Assembly (NCBI GenBank): GCA_965218295.1
Contig: CBDCKN010000017.1
Span: 1-64,000 of the forward strand
Length of the DNA stretch: 64,000 nucleotides
Direction: 5' to 3'
Source: Longimicrobiales bacterium
GTDB lineage: Bacteria; Gemmatimonadota; Gemmatimonadetes; Longimicrobiales; Gaopeijiaceae
How positions within the stretch are numbered: position 1 is the stretch's first letter; each line of letters opens with the position of its first letter. Below the pieces are notes generated by a model. It was not told where the DNA came from. It made no database searches and was given only the letters and a program-made list of their open reading frames with translations. The translations under genes were made by a program, and so were the position numbers. Of the stretch, positions 20,287-29,772 are shown one piece after another.

Positions 20287-20925
20287 CTACTCGTGCTTGT
20301 AGACGCTGACCCGAGCGGGACGCACCAAGTGGCCCTTGAAGAGGTACCCCTTCTGGAATACGTCCTGGACCCTATGATCGTCGTCCGGCGACTCGGTGGG
20401 GACGGTGGCCATGGCCTCCATGCTGTTGGGATCGAACTCCTCACCGATGGGCTCGAGCACCTCTACCCCAGCAAGCTCCAGAGCCTGCCGGAACTTCCGC
20501 TCGACCAGGTCCACTCCCTCTACGAGGGCTTCTACGGTGGCGGATTCCGGCTGCCACGCCCCCACGCGCTGAAGATCGTCCAGGCCGTCCAGAAAGTTGC
20601 GAAGGAGGTCGGCCTGACCCCTCGCCCACGCATCCGAGAGCTCGGTTTCCGCCCTCCGGCGGTAGTTGGTGAATTCGGCCGCAAGACGCAGATGGCGATC
20701 GTTCAGGGCGGTCAACTCGGCCTGCATGTGGCCCAGGTCCCGGGCCAGCTCCTCTTCGGCCTCCTGTTCCTCCAAGGCCTCGGGCGAGACCTGGCCGTCG
20801 GGTGCCGAACCGTCCGTCGGGCCTGCGTTCACGCCGACCGCATCGCCCTGGCCCGAATCTACGGAGCCTTCGGCCGCGTCCGGCTCAGCCATCTCTTCAG
20901 GATTCTCGGCTACGTTTTCGCTCAT
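20287..20925 (-). CDS. grpE: Nucleotide exchange factor GrpE
   Basis: LRLAAEFTNYRRR, FDP, QKGYLFKGHLVRPARVSV. Confidence 0.95.
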   Translation of the reverse strand: MSENVAENPEEMAEPDAAEGSVDSGQGDAVGVNAGPTDGSAPDGQVSPEALEEQEAEEELARDLGHMQAELTALNDRHLRLAAEFTNYRRRAETELSDAWARGQADLLRNFLDGLDDLQRVGAWQPESATVEALVEGVDLVERKFRQALELAGVEVLEPIGEEFDPNSMEAMATVPTESPDDDHRVQDVFQKGYLFKGHLVRPARVSVYKHE

Positions 20926-21033
20926 TTTCGTCTCGCTGGTGGGTCCGATCAAGCACGCTTCCTCTTACGTGTTGGTGAATTTACTTCTTCTGAGACCAAG
21001 AGGGAGACCCCCGCGGTCGAACACGCCGCTCGG

Positions 21034-21891
21034 TCACGACACTCCGGCCAAGGGGAAATTGGTGTCGAGCCAGGTGCCCACCAGGGCGAAGACGTCCTCT
21101 CTCTCCGGTTCATTGTGAGGCTCGTGTCGAAGCCCCTCGAGCCGGCAGGTCTCGATTCCCGACCCTGAGGCACGCTGCACGAAGCGTAGGATCGTCTCCG
21201 GATCCACTACCTGGTCCGCTTCGGGGACGAGGAAGAGGACCGGCCCCGCGACACCTTCCGGATCGGCCAACGCCCGTTTCTGGGCATCGACGACCGCCCA
21301 GTAAAGACCGGGCGTGACGAACTGGTGCACCATAGGATCGTCGAGGTAAGCCCGCTGGCGCTCGGGGTCGCGCATCAGCGTTTCCGGAGGGAGTCGCACG
21401 GGCATCCGAACCGATGGCGCGATCCTGTTCAGTACCTTGCTCGGGGCGACCTTCCACCAAGGAACCTTCATCTTCGTCGCCAGCCATGGGGCGGAGACTA
21501 CCGCTCCCGAAACGGAGCCGGAGCGTGTCTGCAGGTAACGGAGCACTACGAGCCCCCCCATGGATTGTCCCCAGAGGATCACTGGAGCACCCGGAGGAGC
21601 CTCCATACGGACCTTCCCGAGTACGACCTCCAGGTCGGCAAGGAACTCGTCGAAGCGGGAGACGAACGCCGGCCGGCCTCCTGATCGCCCGTGTCCCCTC
21701 TGGTCATAGGCCACCACACGGAAGCCGACTCCGATCAGGAACTCCGCCACCAGGTCGTAGCGCCCACTGTGCTCTCTATAGCCGTGAATCAGCACCACGA
21801 CGCCTCGGGAGGCCGACATGGGCTGCCAACAGCTCCAGTGCAGAGGAACCCCGTCGGGTGCCTCAAGCACTCCCTCCTCCACAGGCCTCAA
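21034..21891 (-). CDS. Alpha/beta hydrolase (lysophospholipase family)
   Basis: HGYREHSGRY, DQRGHGRS, GQSMGG nucleophile motif, RHEPHNEPER. Confidence 0.9.
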   Translation of the reverse strand: MRPVEEGVLEAPDGVPLHWSCWQPMSASRGVVVLIHGYREHSGRYDLVAEFLIGVGFRVVAYDQRGHGRSGGRPAFVSRFDEFLADLEVVLGKVRMEAPPGAPVILWGQSMGGLVVLRYLQTRSGSVSGAVVSAPWLATKMKVPWWKVAPSKVLNRIAPSVRMPVRLPPETLMRDPERQRAYLDDPMVHQFVTPGLYWAVVDAQKRALADPEGVAGPVLFLVPEADQVVDPETILRFVQRASGSGIETCRLEGLRHEPHNEPEREDVFALVGTWLDTNFPLAGVS

Positions 21892-23156
21892 GTCTCGCCA
21901 CTCACCTTCTTAAAGAGCAGATTGAGCGCCGCCTGTGTCGCCCGCTCCCGGATGGCTTCTCGATCGCCAGGGAAGACCCTGTGGGAGGCCACCACCCGCC
22001 CCTGGTACGAGACTCCGTACCATACCGTCCCCACCGGTTTCTCTTCCGTGCCTCCCTCGGGCCCCGCGATGCCAGTGATGCCAATGCCGACGTCGGCGGC
22101 CAGACGCTCCGCCACTCCCCGGGCCATGCCCTCCACCACGGCCTCGGACACAGCGCCCTCTGCCTCCAGGACGGACCCTTCCACGCCCAGGATCTCGGCC
22201 TTGATCTCGTCGGCATAAGCGATGATCCCACCGCGGAAGTAAGCGGACGATCCCGGGCGGTCCGTGATCCGCTTCGCCAAGAGGCCACCGGTGCAACTCT
22301 CGGCCACCGCCAGGGACAACCCACGCCGGACGAGCTCCGCCGCCAACGCTTCCACGAGGTCCCCGCTCTCTGCATCGAATCGGTATGCCGCCAGGACTGG
22401 CCTCAAGACGCTCTCGGCCCCGTCCAGGCGCTCCCCTGCCTCCTCCGGGGTGCCCGCCGTGGAGATCCGTATCGACACGCCCCCCAGATACGGGAGAGAG
22501 GCGAGCGTCACCCCATCGGGCAGCTCCGGGAGGACGGCGTCCACCCGCTCACCCAGCACCGACTCGGAGATCCCGGTCGTGTGGAAGGTCCGATGGACCA
22601 GGGGGGTCAAACGCGGCCCGAAGTGGTCACGAACGCGGTACTCGATCTCCGACTCGTACATCTCGTATACCTCGCGAGGGACGCCTGGGGCAAGCACGAT
22701 TACCCGATCCTCGCGGTCGATCCAGAGACCTGGCGCGCTGCCGCGCGTATTCGGAATTACCAGGGCACCGCGGGGGACTTGCGCCTGAACGGCGTTGCTC
22801 GGTGGCAAGTCGCCGAAGCCCATGGCACGGAACCGGTCCCGCAGCTCCTCGAGCACGCCCTGATCCAACTGGAGGTCCAGTCCGAAGAGATCGGCTACGG
22901 CCGTTCTCGTGAGATCGTCGGCCGTCGGGCCGAGACCCCCAGTGACCAGAACCAACTCCGCCAGCCGCACTCCCTCAGATACCGCGCTCTTGATGGAGTC
23001 CGGATCGTCACCCACGACCCAGCGCTTCGTAACCGGAATGCCCAGAGAGGCCAGCCGCCTGCTGAGCCATGAACCGTTGGTCTCGACCGTCTCGCCGGAG
23101 AGCAGCTCATCGCCGACAGTGACGACCACCGCGTGTACCCCTTCACCCGCACTCAC
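21888..23156 (-). CDS. cinA: CinA-family competence/damage-inducible protein (NMN deamidase C-domain)
   Basis: VGDELLSG, GGLGPTADDLT, AESCTGG, ITGIAGPEGG. Confidence 0.94.
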   Translation of the reverse strand: MSAGEGVHAVVVTVGDELLSGETVETNGSWLSRRLASLGIPVTKRWVVGDDPDSIKSAVSEGVRLAELVLVTGGLGPTADDLTRTAVADLFGLDLQLDQGVLEELRDRFRAMGFGDLPPSNAVQAQVPRGALVIPNTRGSAPGLWIDREDRVIVLAPGVPREVYEMYESEIEYRVRDHFGPRLTPLVHRTFHTTGISESVLGERVDAVLPELPDGVTLASLPYLGGVSIRISTAGTPEEAGERLDGAESVLRPVLAAYRFDAESGDLVEALAAELVRRGLSLAVAESCTGGLLAKRITDRPGSSAYFRGGIIAYADEIKAEILGVEGSVLEAEGAVSEAVVEGMARGVAERLAADVGIGITGIAGPEGGTEEKPVGTVWYGVSYQGRVVASHRVFPGDREAIRERATQAALNLLFKKVSGET

Positions 23157-23162
23157 ACCGAG

Positions 23163-23804
23163 TCAGTCACGCACGCCGATCAGCGCACGATAGCTCCACA
23201 GGTAGTCGAACATGGAGTACACGGTGAGAATCAGCGCCAAGCCAAGGGTAAGACCGATCCACGCCGAATGAAGCTGTAGCCACGCTCCCCAAGGAAGGCC
23301 ACCCCATCCCCAGGCATCCGCACTCTCTCGGAGTGGATACCACAGAAGCAGACCCCCGGAAAAGAGACTCTGGATGAACGCCTTGTACTTGCCCGATTGG
23401 CCCGCGGCGATGACCACATCCCGGCGCGCCGCCCACTGACGAAAGACGGTCACCAGCAGCTCGCGACCGAAGATTACGATCATGACCCACATGGGAAGCA
23501 TGCCCCACCAGGGGATCAGCCACTCCTCTCCCCCACGGTGAGATATTATGTAGAAGGGGATGAACGTGGAAAGGAGAAGCAGCTTGTCCGCCAACGGATC
23601 GAGGAGCTTGCCGACATCCGTGATCCACCCGTGCTTGCGCGCCAGGTAGCCGTCCCAGAGATCGGAGAGTCCAGCCACCACGAAGAACACAAAGGCGACG
23701 AAGCGTGCGCCCACGGACGGGGTCAGTGCCAGGACAAAGATGGCAGGGCAAGCCAAGATCCGCCCAATGGTGATCAGGTTGGGGAGGTTGCGGCTCCCGT
23801 CCAT
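23163..23804 (-). CDS. pgsA: CDP-alcohol phosphatidyltransferase (PgsA-like)
   Basis: NLPNLIT, DLWDGYLARKHGWITDVGKLLDPLADK. Confidence 0.9.
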   Translation of the reverse strand: MDGSRNLPNLITIGRILACPAIFVLALTPSVGARFVAFVFFVVAGLSDLWDGYLARKHGWITDVGKLLDPLADKLLLLSTFIPFYIISHRGGEEWLIPWWGMLPMWVMIVIFGRELLVTVFRQWAARRDVVIAAGQSGKYKAFIQSLFSGGLLLWYPLRESADAWGWGGLPWGAWLQLHSAWIGLTLGLALILTVYSMFDYLWSYRALIGVRD

Positions 23805-23811
23805 GGTCGCC

Positions 23812-24390
23812 TCAGCTCAGGGTCTGAACAACCATCTTGCTGACGGCGCCGAGGGTCTCGAAGACCCCCTTCCCTTCGATCGCCACACCCTCGAAGTCGG
23901 AGACCTTCATGGGGTTGAGCTGCGCCCGCAACTCCTCGACCTCCATGGCGTTGGACAGGTCCCGTTTGTTGTACTGCACGGCGAACGGGATCTTGGCGAG
24001 ATCGTACCCGTACGACTCCAGGTTCTCGTAGAGGTTGTGCATGGCCTCGATGTTGGCCTCCATACGCTCCCTTTGCGAGTCCGCGACGAAGATGACTCCG
24101 TCCACCCCCTTGAGGATGAGCTTGCGACTCGCGTTGTAGTACACCTGTCCGGGAACGGTGTAGAGGTGGAAGCGGGCCTTGAAGCCCTTCACCTCTCCCA
24201 GGTCGATGGGGAGGAAGTCGAAGAAGAGGGTCCGCTCGGTCTCGGTGGCGAGGGAGATCATCTTCCCCTTCGCCCCTGGATTAACACGGGAATACACGTA
24301 CTCCAGATTGGTGGTCCTCCCACCCAGGCCGGTGCCGTAATAGACGATCTTGCAATTGATCTCCCGGCTGGCGTAGTTGATCATTGACAT
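23812..24390 (-). CDS. mglA: MglA-family small GTPase with degenerate P-loop
   Basis: [43 protein letters not shown]-loop reads GTGLGGRT. Confidence 0.9.
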   Translation of the reverse strand: MSMINYASREINCKIVYYGTGLGGRTTNLEYVYSRVNPGAKGKMISLATETERTLFFDFLPIDLGEVKGFKARFHLYTVPGQVYYNASRKLILKGVDGVIFVADSQRERMEANIEAMHNLYENLESYGYDLAKIPFAVQYNKRDLSNAMEVEELRAQLNPMKVSDFEGVAIEGKGVFETLGAVSKMVVQTLS

Positions 24391-24577
24391 GATCGGCTAC
24401 ACTCGTTTCCGGCAGCATAGGTGGGTCGATTCCGCCAAACGGTCCCCCGCGATCTCAGCCCCTACAGGTGGAGCAAGTTGGGATTCAGCGTCGTCTACGA
24501 CGGCGACGAAGATGAGGCATTCGTCCCTGGCGGTAAAGGGCCGTGTAAAGGTCGGACAACCAGACGATATGGGCAAC

Positions 24578-24880
24578 CTACCCGGCCGGCAGGACGCCGC
24601 GCATGGCGTCCCCCTCCATGCGTCCGATGATCGCCTGCGCACGACGGCGAAGCATGCCTCTCGCTTCCCACGCTACGAAGTCCTTCAGGAGGTTGATGTT
24701 GTCTACGGAGGCCTTGGCTTTCGCCATATAGCCGAGGGCGGCCAGGCGTCGCAGGAAGGACCGACTGAACAGATCTCTACTGTGCCGATAGATCTGATCT
24801 CGGACCACCAGGGCGGCTACGGCCCCCGCCGCTGCGGCGACCACCACTGCGAACCCAGCATTTCGAAGCCGTTTGTCCAT
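24578..24880 (-). CDS. Hypothetical protein with N-terminal TM
   Basis: Starts 3 bp after the recR stop; hydrophobic N-terminus. Confidence 0.7.
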   Translation of the reverse strand: MDKRLRNAGFAVVVAAAAGAVAALVVRDQIYRHSRDLFSRSFLRRLAALGYMAKAKASVDNINLLKDFVAWEARGMLRRRAQAIIGRMEGDAMRGVLPAG

Positions 24881-24883
24881 CCC

Positions 24884-25477
24884 CTACATCTCCCGTCGAC
24901 CGGTCAGGGCCTCTACGATGGTCGAACCGTCCACGTATTCGAGGTCACTCCCCACCGGAATGCCCCTCGCCAGGCGCGTCACGCGAGGACCCATGGACCG
25001 GATCAGACCGTCCAGGTACACGGCCGTGGCCTCACCCTCGACGCTCGAATTGGTGGCTAGGATCACCTCCTCGACTGTGCCTCCGGACTCCCGAATGCGG
25101 ACCAGAAGGGGATCCACGGACAGTTCCTCCGGTCCGATCCCGTCCAGGGGTGAAAGACGTCCTCCCAGCACGTGATAGAGGCCTCTATACTCGCCCGCTC
25201 GCTCGATGGCCCCAACCTCGAAGGCCTCTTCCACCACGCAGATCACCGTCCCATCGCGCCTCGGATCGCTACAGATCTCGCACCGCTCCGTTTCACTGAA
25301 ATTTCCACAGGCCACGCAGGGCCGAATCTGCTCGGCGACATCTCGAATCGCCGCGGCGAGCCTGATCGCCTCTTCGCGGGGCCGTTTCATGAGATGGTAC
25401 ACGAGGCGCTGCGCTGTCTTCGGACCGACGCCCGGAAGCCGCGAGAACTCGGAGGTAAGCTGCTGAATGACCGACAC
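24884..25477 (-). CDS. recR: Recombination mediator RecR
   Basis: LPGVGPKTAQR, C4 zinc finger, YHVLGGRLSPLDG, EVILATN, RLARGIPVG; GTG start at 25477 gives 197 aa. Confidence 0.96.
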   Translation of the reverse strand: MSVIQQLTSEFSRLPGVGPKTAQRLVYHLMKRPREEAIRLAAAIRDVAEQIRPCVACGNFSETERCEICSDPRRDGTVICVVEEAFEVGAIERAGEYRGLYHVLGGRLSPLDGIGPEELSVDPLLVRIRESGGTVEEVILATNSSVEGEATAVYLDGLIRSMGPRVTRLARGIPVGSDLEYVDGSTIVEALTGRREM

Positions 25478-25632
25478 TAAGAGCTGGCAGTTCCGTGTGG
25501 GAGAAGGGCGGGACGACGCAGCGTAGCGCAAGTGGGCACCGCGCGAAGCGTGGCCGCAAGGAGTTCCAACGGCGAACCCTCGGATGCACCGTGCCCTCGA
25601 CTGGCCGAGACACTTTGGTAACGGGACACTAG
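25477..25632 (+). mobile_element. MITE-like repeat, copy 3a (156 bp, divergent left end)
   Basis: CTAA...CTAG; shares GGCGGGACGACGCRGCGTAGCGCAAG with copy 1 and CGTGCCCTCGACTGGCCGAGACAC...ACGGGACACTAG with copy 2. Confidence 0.78.
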
Positions 25633-25839
25633 TGTGGTGTCCCAGAAGTTCGCGAGCCACCGAGAGTGCCGAGGCGCCGGATCCGGGGTACCCACACCGT
25701 TAGGCGTGGGTCGGGCGCGACGACGAGGAATAGCAACGCGGGCACCGCGGCCGAAGGCCGTGGTCCGAGGAGGAGGAACGCCACAGGACCGGATGCATCG
25801 GTGCTCGAATGGCCGAGAACTTCTGGGACACCACACTAG
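25629..25839 (+). mobile_element. MITE-like repeat, copy 3b (211 bp)
   Basis: Perfect 23-bp terminal inverted repeat CTAGTGTGGTGTCCCAGAAGTTC; right CTAG contains the ybaB stop. Confidence 0.9.
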
Positions 25840-26159
25840 AACAGGCCCGGAAGCTGGATCGGCATACCACCCGCCGCCTTCCGCATCTCTTCTTCGTACT
25901 GGCTCTGAGCCTTGCCCTGCGCCTCGGTAACGGCCGCCAGCACCAGATCCTCGAGCATCTCGACGTCGTCGCGGTCGACAACGGTGGGGTCGATGACGAT
26001 TCTCGATACGGTACCCTTCCCGTCGACCGTGACGGTGACCATTCCTCCACCGGCCGAGGCGGAGATTTCCCGGCCGGACAGCTCTTCCTGCAGCTTTGTC
26101 ATACGCGCCTGGAGCTCCTGGCCCATCTGCATAAGCTGTTGGAGATTCGTCATCGTCAA
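25836..26159 (-). CDS. ybaB: YbaB/EbfC nucleoid-associated protein
   Basis: SAGGGMVTVTVDG, EMLEDLVLAA; lies between dnaX and recR; start may be ATG 26153. Confidence 0.94.
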   Translation of the reverse strand: MTMTNLQQLMQMGQELQARMTKLQEELSGREISASAGGGMVTVTVDGKGTVSRIVIDPTVVDRDDVEMLEDLVLAAVTEAQGKAQSQYEEEMRKAAGGMPIQLPGLF

Positions 26160-26184
26160 GTCATTGCCTTACAACACGTTGCAA

Positions 26185-27915
26185 TCAATCCAGTAACTCC
26201 AAGTCGAGTTCTTCTACCGCGTGCTGGAGAAGCGGTTCCCGCTGGATCAGCTCCCGCAGCCGGTCGCTACGTATCGTCTCGGGCATGATTCGCTTCAACT
26301 TCTCCGACGACGGCTCACTCGTGGCCCGAACGACGATCTCCGGTCGTTCACCCATGAGGGCTTCGAGGGTATTCTGAATCGTCCTCAGCGCCGTCTGCTC
26401 CCTCAAGCGCTCAAGCCCCGGCCCATCCGGAAGCTCGACCACCAGGGCTCCATCCTCACCGAGCCCCACAACTGCCGCCCGCAGGAAGGGCCCCATTCCA
26501 GGAGGGATCCCCTTCCCTTGGTCCATCAGACGGGCCCAAGCCTCGGTGGCGCTCGCTACGACCGAAGCCGACCCACCGCCTTCCCCCGTCTCCGAGCCCT
26601 CGTCGGTCTCGGGCGAGACCTCGAGATCGGAAGCGCTTTCGACATTCCTCCTCGCCGGCACCGCGGACTCCTGTGCCACCGGCTCACCGGCCAAATCGGC
26701 CTCCGAGCTTCCCGACGAGCGCGCGTTCCCGCCATCCGGGGCCCCTGAAGGCGGGTCGGCGGCTGGTGACGCCCCGCCGAGACTCGTCAGCAGCTCCTCG
26801 AGCGTCACGGTGCGATCTACGTAGCTGAGCCGGAGAAGGAGCATCTCGAGGAGAACCTGTGGGTTCGCGCTGCGCCTGAGGCTTCCGGAGCTCTCGAGCT
26901 CCGAAGCCAGTGAGAGCATTCGCATGATGTCCGCGGATTGGAACGGCTTGAGGCGGGCCACAAATGCCTTCCGGATCTCCCCGTCCAGCTCCGGTGGGTC
27001 TCCACCGAGGGAGAGTCGGAGAAGCGACCTCAGCACATCCACGAGACCATGGTAGAACTCCACGAGATCGTAGCCTTCGTCGAGGAGTCGCTCCACGAAG
27101 GCGAAGACCTCGCCGTGCTGGCGGCTGGCCAGGATGTCCATGAACTCCAGATAACGCTCGCTCTCCACCAGGCCGAGCACCTGCCTCACGGACTCCTGGG
27201 TGATCTCCCCACCGGTCAGCGCGATGACCTGGTCCAAGAGCGAGAGGGCGTCTCGCATCCCCCCGTCGGCCTTATGGGCTATGGTCCGAAGCGCATCGTC
27301 GGGCGCTGCGGATCCTTCACCCTCAAGGACAACCGCGAGGCGTGACATGATGTCAGCAACACCAATACGCCGGAAGTCGAAGCGCTGGCAACGCGAAAGG
27401 ATAGGTGCGGCGGTCTGCTGAATCTTCTGCGGCTCAGTCGTGGCGAAGACGAAGATCACCCGGGGCGGCGGCTCCTCGAGGATCTTCAGGAGCGCGTTCC
27501 ACGCCTCCCGCGTGAGCATGTGCGCCTCGTCGACGATGTAGACTTTGTGCCGTCCCTCCTGTGACGGGGCGTACATGGCCCTTTCACGCAGCTGACGCGC
27601 GTCGTCCACACCCCGGTTGGATGCGGCATCGATCTCGACCACATCGAGGGCCGTCTGCCCACCCCAGATCCTGGAGCAGCTCTCACACTCGCCGCAGGGC
27701 TCACCCGAGTCCTCCCGCCGGGCACAGTTGAGGGCCATGGCGAGGACGCGAGCGAGGGTGGTCTTACCCACCCCACGAGGACCACAGAAGAGGTAGGCGT
27801 GTCCGACTCGACCGCCCGCCACGGCGCGACACAGGGTCTCGGAGACGTGCTCTTGAGTCGCCACATCGGCGAATCGCCGCGGGCGATACTTTCTGGCCAG
27901 GGCTGTGTGGGACAC
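26185..27915 (-). CDS. dnaX: DNA polymerase III subunit gamma/tau
   Basis: ALARKYRP, GPRGVGKTT, EIDAASNRGVD, DEAHML, SRCQRFDF. Confidence 0.97.
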   Translation of the reverse strand: MSHTALARKYRPRRFADVATQEHVSETLCRAVAGGRVGHAYLFCGPRGVGKTTLARVLAMALNCARREDSGEPCGECESCSRIWGGQTALDVVEIDAASNRGVDDARQLRERAMYAPSQEGRHKVYIVDEAHMLTREAWNALLKILEEPPPRVIFVFATTEPQKIQQTAAPILSRCQRFDFRRIGVADIMSRLAVVLEGEGSAAPDDALRTIAHKADGGMRDALSLLDQVIALTGGEITQESVRQVLGLVESERYLEFMDILASRQHGEVFAFVERLLDEGYDLVEFYHGLVDVLRSLLRLSLGGDPPELDGEIRKAFVARLKPFQSADIMRMLSLASELESSGSLRRSANPQVLLEMLLLRLSYVDRTVTLEELLTSLGGASPAADPPSGAPDGGNARSSGSSEADLAGEPVAQESAVPARRNVESASDLEVSPETDEGSETGEGGGSASVVASATEAWARLMDQGKGIPPGMGPFLRAAVVGLGEDGALVVELPDGPGLERLREQTALRTIQNTLEALMGERPEIVVRATSEPSSEKLKRIMPETIRSDRLRELIQREPLLQHAVEELDLELLD

Positions 27916-27970
27916 GGACGTACGCTTCGAGAGCCGGCTGGTGTGGCAGAGAGCCACACTAGAAGAAAAA

Positions 27971-28071
27971 TGCCCCAGGCGACCCGAAGCAACGATCACT
28001 GCACTTACCGCTGCTACCGGCAAGGTCCTGACGGAGTTCGTGAAGCTTTCGCCCTACGGACCTGGGGCACC
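27971..28071 (-). ncRNA. ffs: Small SRP RNA (4.5S)
   Basis: Terminal helix GCCCCAGG/CCTGGGGC, domain IV GTCAGG...AGCAGC, usual position upstream of dnaX, followed by a T-run. Confidence 0.9.
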
Positions 28072-28074
28072 GGA

Positions 28075-28103
28075 AAGTTAGAGTGCCTCAGACGGAGCGT
28101 CAA
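28075..28103 (-). promoter_or_regulatory. Sigma70-type promoter of ffs
   Basis: TTGACG-N17-TAACTT immediately upstream of the ffs 5' end. Confidence 0.7.
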
Positions 28104-28154
28104 CGGCTGGCAGTGCGAAAAAGTAGGAATTATGCGGGTTTTCGCCCTATCGGC

Positions 28155-28518
28155 TCACTCCATCCAGGCTCCCTCGATGTGCTCCACTTCGACGGTCCCG
28201 GCTCCGTCCGAGTACACCGAGACGGCATCGAATCGATAGGATCGTGCCTCCACACGGCTCCGGGCAATCCAAAGGCGAGCCGCCATGGAGATGGCCCGGC
28301 GCTTGCGCCACGTGATGGCCTCCAGGGGATGGCCGAAGGCCGGGCCGCTACGTCCCTTTACCTCCACGAACGCCACGAGCCCGTCCTTCTCCCTCCACGA
28401 CGAGATCGATCTCCTTCCGCAGGAAACGGATGTTCCGATCCAGAACCCTCCACCCCCGATTCCGAAGAAGGGCCTCGGCGAGATCCTCGAAATGTCTGCC
28501 GCAATCTACGGTGCTCAC
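28155..28518 (-). pseudogene. yraN: YraN-family protein, frameshifted
   Basis: N-half GRHFEDLAEALLRNRGWRVLDRN...EIDLVV and C-half VAFVEVKGR...RFDAV are in different frames; apparent GGAG duplication near 28389-28396. Confidence 0.85.
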
Positions 28519-28661
28519 GACACTGAGGCCCCAGGTCAAAGGATGAATGCCTAGAGGGCCTATGATCGCGGCAGGAACCGGGCCTGGACATAGCCACAGG
28601 GGTCGAGATCACCTCCCTTGTCGCCAGCCTGTGGCTCCGGATCCGGCTCCGGACCAGCCGT

Positions 28662-29691
28662 CTAGGAGGGTTCTCGCACCGACCGGCCGATGGCCTTCGC
28701 GATGACGCGGATCTGGTCCATGAGCTCACCGAACTGATTCGGGTACAGCGACTGGGCTCCGTCGGACAGCGCCTGGGGCGGGTTCGGATGAACCTCCACC
28801 ATAAGCCCGTCGGCCCCCGCCGCCACGGCAGCCCGGGCCATGGGGATCACCTTGTCCCGGATCCCCGTTCCGTGGCTCGGATCAGCGATGATGGGCAGAT
28901 GGGAGAGGGACTTCACCACCGGGATAGCGGTGAGATCAAGGAGATTCCGAGTGTGATTGTCGAAGCTCCACACCCCTCGCTCACAGAGGATGACATCATC
29001 GTTCCCCTCCGCCAGAAGGTACTCGGCGGCCAAGAGCAACTCGGTGAGGGTTGCCGACATGCCCCGCTTCAGGAGGACCGGCTTGCCGCACTGCCCCGCC
29101 CGCCTCAGCAGCGGGTAGTTCTGCATGTTCCGGGCTCCGATCTGAATCACGTCGGCATATTCCGCCACCAGATCTACGCCGTCTGGTTCCAAGGCCTCGG
29201 TGACGATGGCCAGTCCCGTGGCCTCCTTGGCCCGGGCCAGCATCTTGAGACCTTCTTCGCCCAGTCCCTGCCAGGAGTAGGGTGAGGTTCTCGGCTTGAA
29301 CGCCCCCCCAACGCAGGAGGCTGGCACCCATGTCCTTCAGTTGATGAGCGGTATCGAGGATCTGATCCTCACCCTCGACGGCACACGGTCCGGCGATGAT
29401 GGGGACTTCCGCTGCACCGAACCGGATCCCGCCTCCCAACTCGACAATCGTGTCCACGTCGCGCCATTCCCTGGAGACCAGCTTGTACGGCTTGGTTACG
29501 GAAATGATCTCGAGGACGCCGGGGAGCCCCTCAATCCGCGCCGAATCCACTCGCCCGTCGTTGCCCATGAGGCCGACGGTCGTCCGCTGCTTGCCGGGCA
29601 TGGACCGTGCCAAGTACCCCATGTCCTCTATTGCCTCGACCACGCCTCCAACCTCGGCTTCGGAGGCGTTGTGCTTCATGACTACCAGCAT
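28662..29691 (-). pseudogene. aroF: DAHP synthase type I-beta (with N-terminal regulatory domain), frameshifted
   Basis: IAGPCAVE in one frame; [26 protein letters not shown] in another; extra T in CGT-T-GGGGGGG near 29310. Confidence 0.88.
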
Positions 29692-29772
29692 GTGATTCTC
29701 GAATTCCGGGTCTTCAGGAGGTATCCGGTGTCTAGCACCGCACGGAAGTGTACGCGCGGGAACAGATGTAGT

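Noticed and set aside
20925..21034. CIRCE operator upstream of grpE-dnaJ
   Set aside because: No TTAGCACTC-N9-GAGTGCTAA found; hrcA and dnaK are not in the window
25477..25839. CRISPR-like reading of the tandem repeats
   Set aside because: Repeats are inverted termini of variable-length units; no regular spacers and no cas genes
26185..27915. Programmed dnaX frameshift for the gamma subunit
   Set aside because: No A-run slippery site seen in the coding sequence
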